The position numbers and the translations under genes are program-made. From contig NC_045696.1 in assembly GCF_009834535.1 (NCBI RefSeq), positions 49,726,001 to 49,790,000 of the forward strand: 64,000 nucleotides of DNA, in the 5' to 3' direction. Numbering within the stretch: position 1 is the stretch's first letter; the number at the start of each line of letters is the position of its first letter. This document shows, in pieces, positions 62,300 to 64,000 of the stretch. This stretch comes from Camelus ferus. Its lineage: Eukaryota. Under the pieces are notes generated by a model, which saw nothing but the letters and a program-made list of their open reading frames with translations, did not search any database and had not been told where the DNA came from.

Positions 62300-62500
62300 T
62301 CCTCTGCTACGAGTCAAAATTTGCAAAACATTTTACCAGTGTCTCATTTCTTCCTTCCAACAATCCCGTGATGTATAAAATATCTCCATATTGATGTTTA
62401 GGGAACTGAGTGAGGCTCAGCGTTGGTAAGTAGCTTGTCCAGGGTCAGACCACAAGCAGGGCATGTGGTCCAGAGAACAATAAGTTTTTAACTGTTTTAA
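62300..62500 (-). mobile_element. MIR SINE
   Basis: tctcatttcttccttccaacaatcccgtg...gaggctcagcgttggtaagtagcttgtccagggtcagac. Confidence 0.65.
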
Positions 62501-63675
62501 CATTTTAAAGTAAATAATTTATTATTCCAAACGCTGCCCTCCTTTTAGTGCATTCAGTGCATACTCACGTGTGGGTATTCAAAAAAAAAAATCTGTTTTA
62601 AGACTCCTTTCAACTATCATCAAATCCATATATGAATTTGGCCCCAGGGGTCAGTCATTAGCCCCCCAAAGTAGGCGCCCCCTGGTTTACTATGCCCGGC
62701 CCTTACCTTTCCTGCAGGAACCCTCACTATCTGTTACCTTCTGTTAAAAGACTGTATCTCCTCACAACTTTTAGGTTCATAAATATCACGTATAAATAGA
62801 TAATTGTAAAGTTAAAATGCAGATATTCTTCATGATTGGCATGTTTGAAGATTGATAGTAAATTTGATAACTCAGATTTGAACTCATTGTGACATATTTC
62901 AAAAGCCTGAGTTTGGTATAAAAATGGTCAAACCGAAAGAATCTGTAGTTAAGAAGTAACTTTTCTATCAAAGACATTTTTGGGGGAGGCCAAGAAAACT
63001 TTGGAGAAGTTTCAAGTTGGCCAAAATTTTGCCTTAGGAATCTGAAGAAAAAAAAAATAATAAAATCATCAACAGGAGGATTTTTAAATGCGAGGGATTA
63101 CAATAGGGGCTTCTTGGCCAGGATCTTTTTTAAATCGAGAAGGATGCCTTACATGGAAACATTATGTGGATTGGAGTGTGTTTATGTGATTGAGATAATG
63201 ATTCCAACTTTAAAGCAACTTCCCTGTTTACTCTTTGTCTCCGTCTTCTTTCTTCTCCCTTTTCGTGTTCTCCTCAAACTGGGATCTGTGCCATCACACA
63301 GCACTGTCCAGACAGACAAGGGGAGAAACTGCTTACTTGCTTTGTCCACTGGCTGTTCCGCCATCCACATGGCAACCATCATAATAATTTGTAAGTTGTC
63401 CTGAGGCCCCAAGGCAGCAGGCACTACTGTGAAAGGGACAGGTGGATTTTTAAAAAAAATTTTTCTAGGTTCAGTAGTAGACTCCTCCAGTATCTATGTA
63501 TCTTACCAAATGCTAGCCCAAGTCTCTTAGTGAACACGAGTACAAGCTGAATAATTTTTTTTAATTCTGTGTTAAAATTCCAAAGCTTCCTTGTAAATGC
63601 ATACTTCCTAATTTCCTCAGTGACCTGTTTCAGTTAGTCAAGTTGTGCTATTCTGCTTTACATTTGCATTTAAAG

Positions 63676-63816
63676 CACTTTAGAAGTCTGGAAGAAAGGA
63701 AAAAACAGCATCAAGAAGGCCTCTATCTGAGTGACACTTTGCCTCGAAAGAAAAGCACCCCTTCCATATCCCCACATTTCAGCAGTGCTACTATGGGGAG
63801 GAGCACCGCCCCGAAG
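63676..63816 (+). CDS. PHLDB2: PHLDB2 exon 11 (47 codons, HFRSLEERKKQ...SDTLPRKK...STAPK); gene continues past the window
   Basis: tttaaag| acceptor, AAG|gtagga donor; matches the recalled PHLDB2 sequence HFRSLEERKKQHKEGLYLSDTLPRKK. Confidence 0.94.
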
Positions 63817-64000
63817 GTAGGACATGGGGAGAACCACGGGCTTCACCTTCACTGAGTCCATTTGTCCTCTTGTTGACTGATGTGCAAAGGCCCTTAAAGA
63901 AAATGCTCTATAATGAACCAGTAAGTTTGCTTGTTAGGCAGACATCGTAATTAAATTGCATTTCCTACCCATTCAGAGGACATTTGAAATTATACACTCT

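Overview
Mammalian genomic DNA. The window lies entirely inside one + strand gene, PHLDB2 (LL5-beta, pleckstrin homology-like domain family B member 2). A tRNA-derived SINE of camelid type points to a camel, llama or alpaca. The window starts in intron 1. It holds ten core coding exons, numbered 2-11 by analogy with the human gene: ATG at 8012, 2772 nt or 924 codons, running to the donor at 63817. The PH-domain exons lie beyond the right edge. Every coding splice junction is phase 0. I also read two extra in-frame exon candidates directly from the sequence. One is an alternative first coding exon at 28575-28676, behind a TATA-like box and paired E-boxes. The other is a 62-codon cassette at 61727-61912 carrying a PPPLPAKK SH3-ligand motif. 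The introns contain L1, L2, MIR, LTR and DNA-transposon relics, several nested or structurally odd. There are no RNA genes, CRISPR arrays or prokaryotic features. I found no wholly new biological system; the most interesting signals are PHLDB2 isoform architecture and retrotransposition footprints. Repeat family names are recalled from consensus sequences, not from a search.
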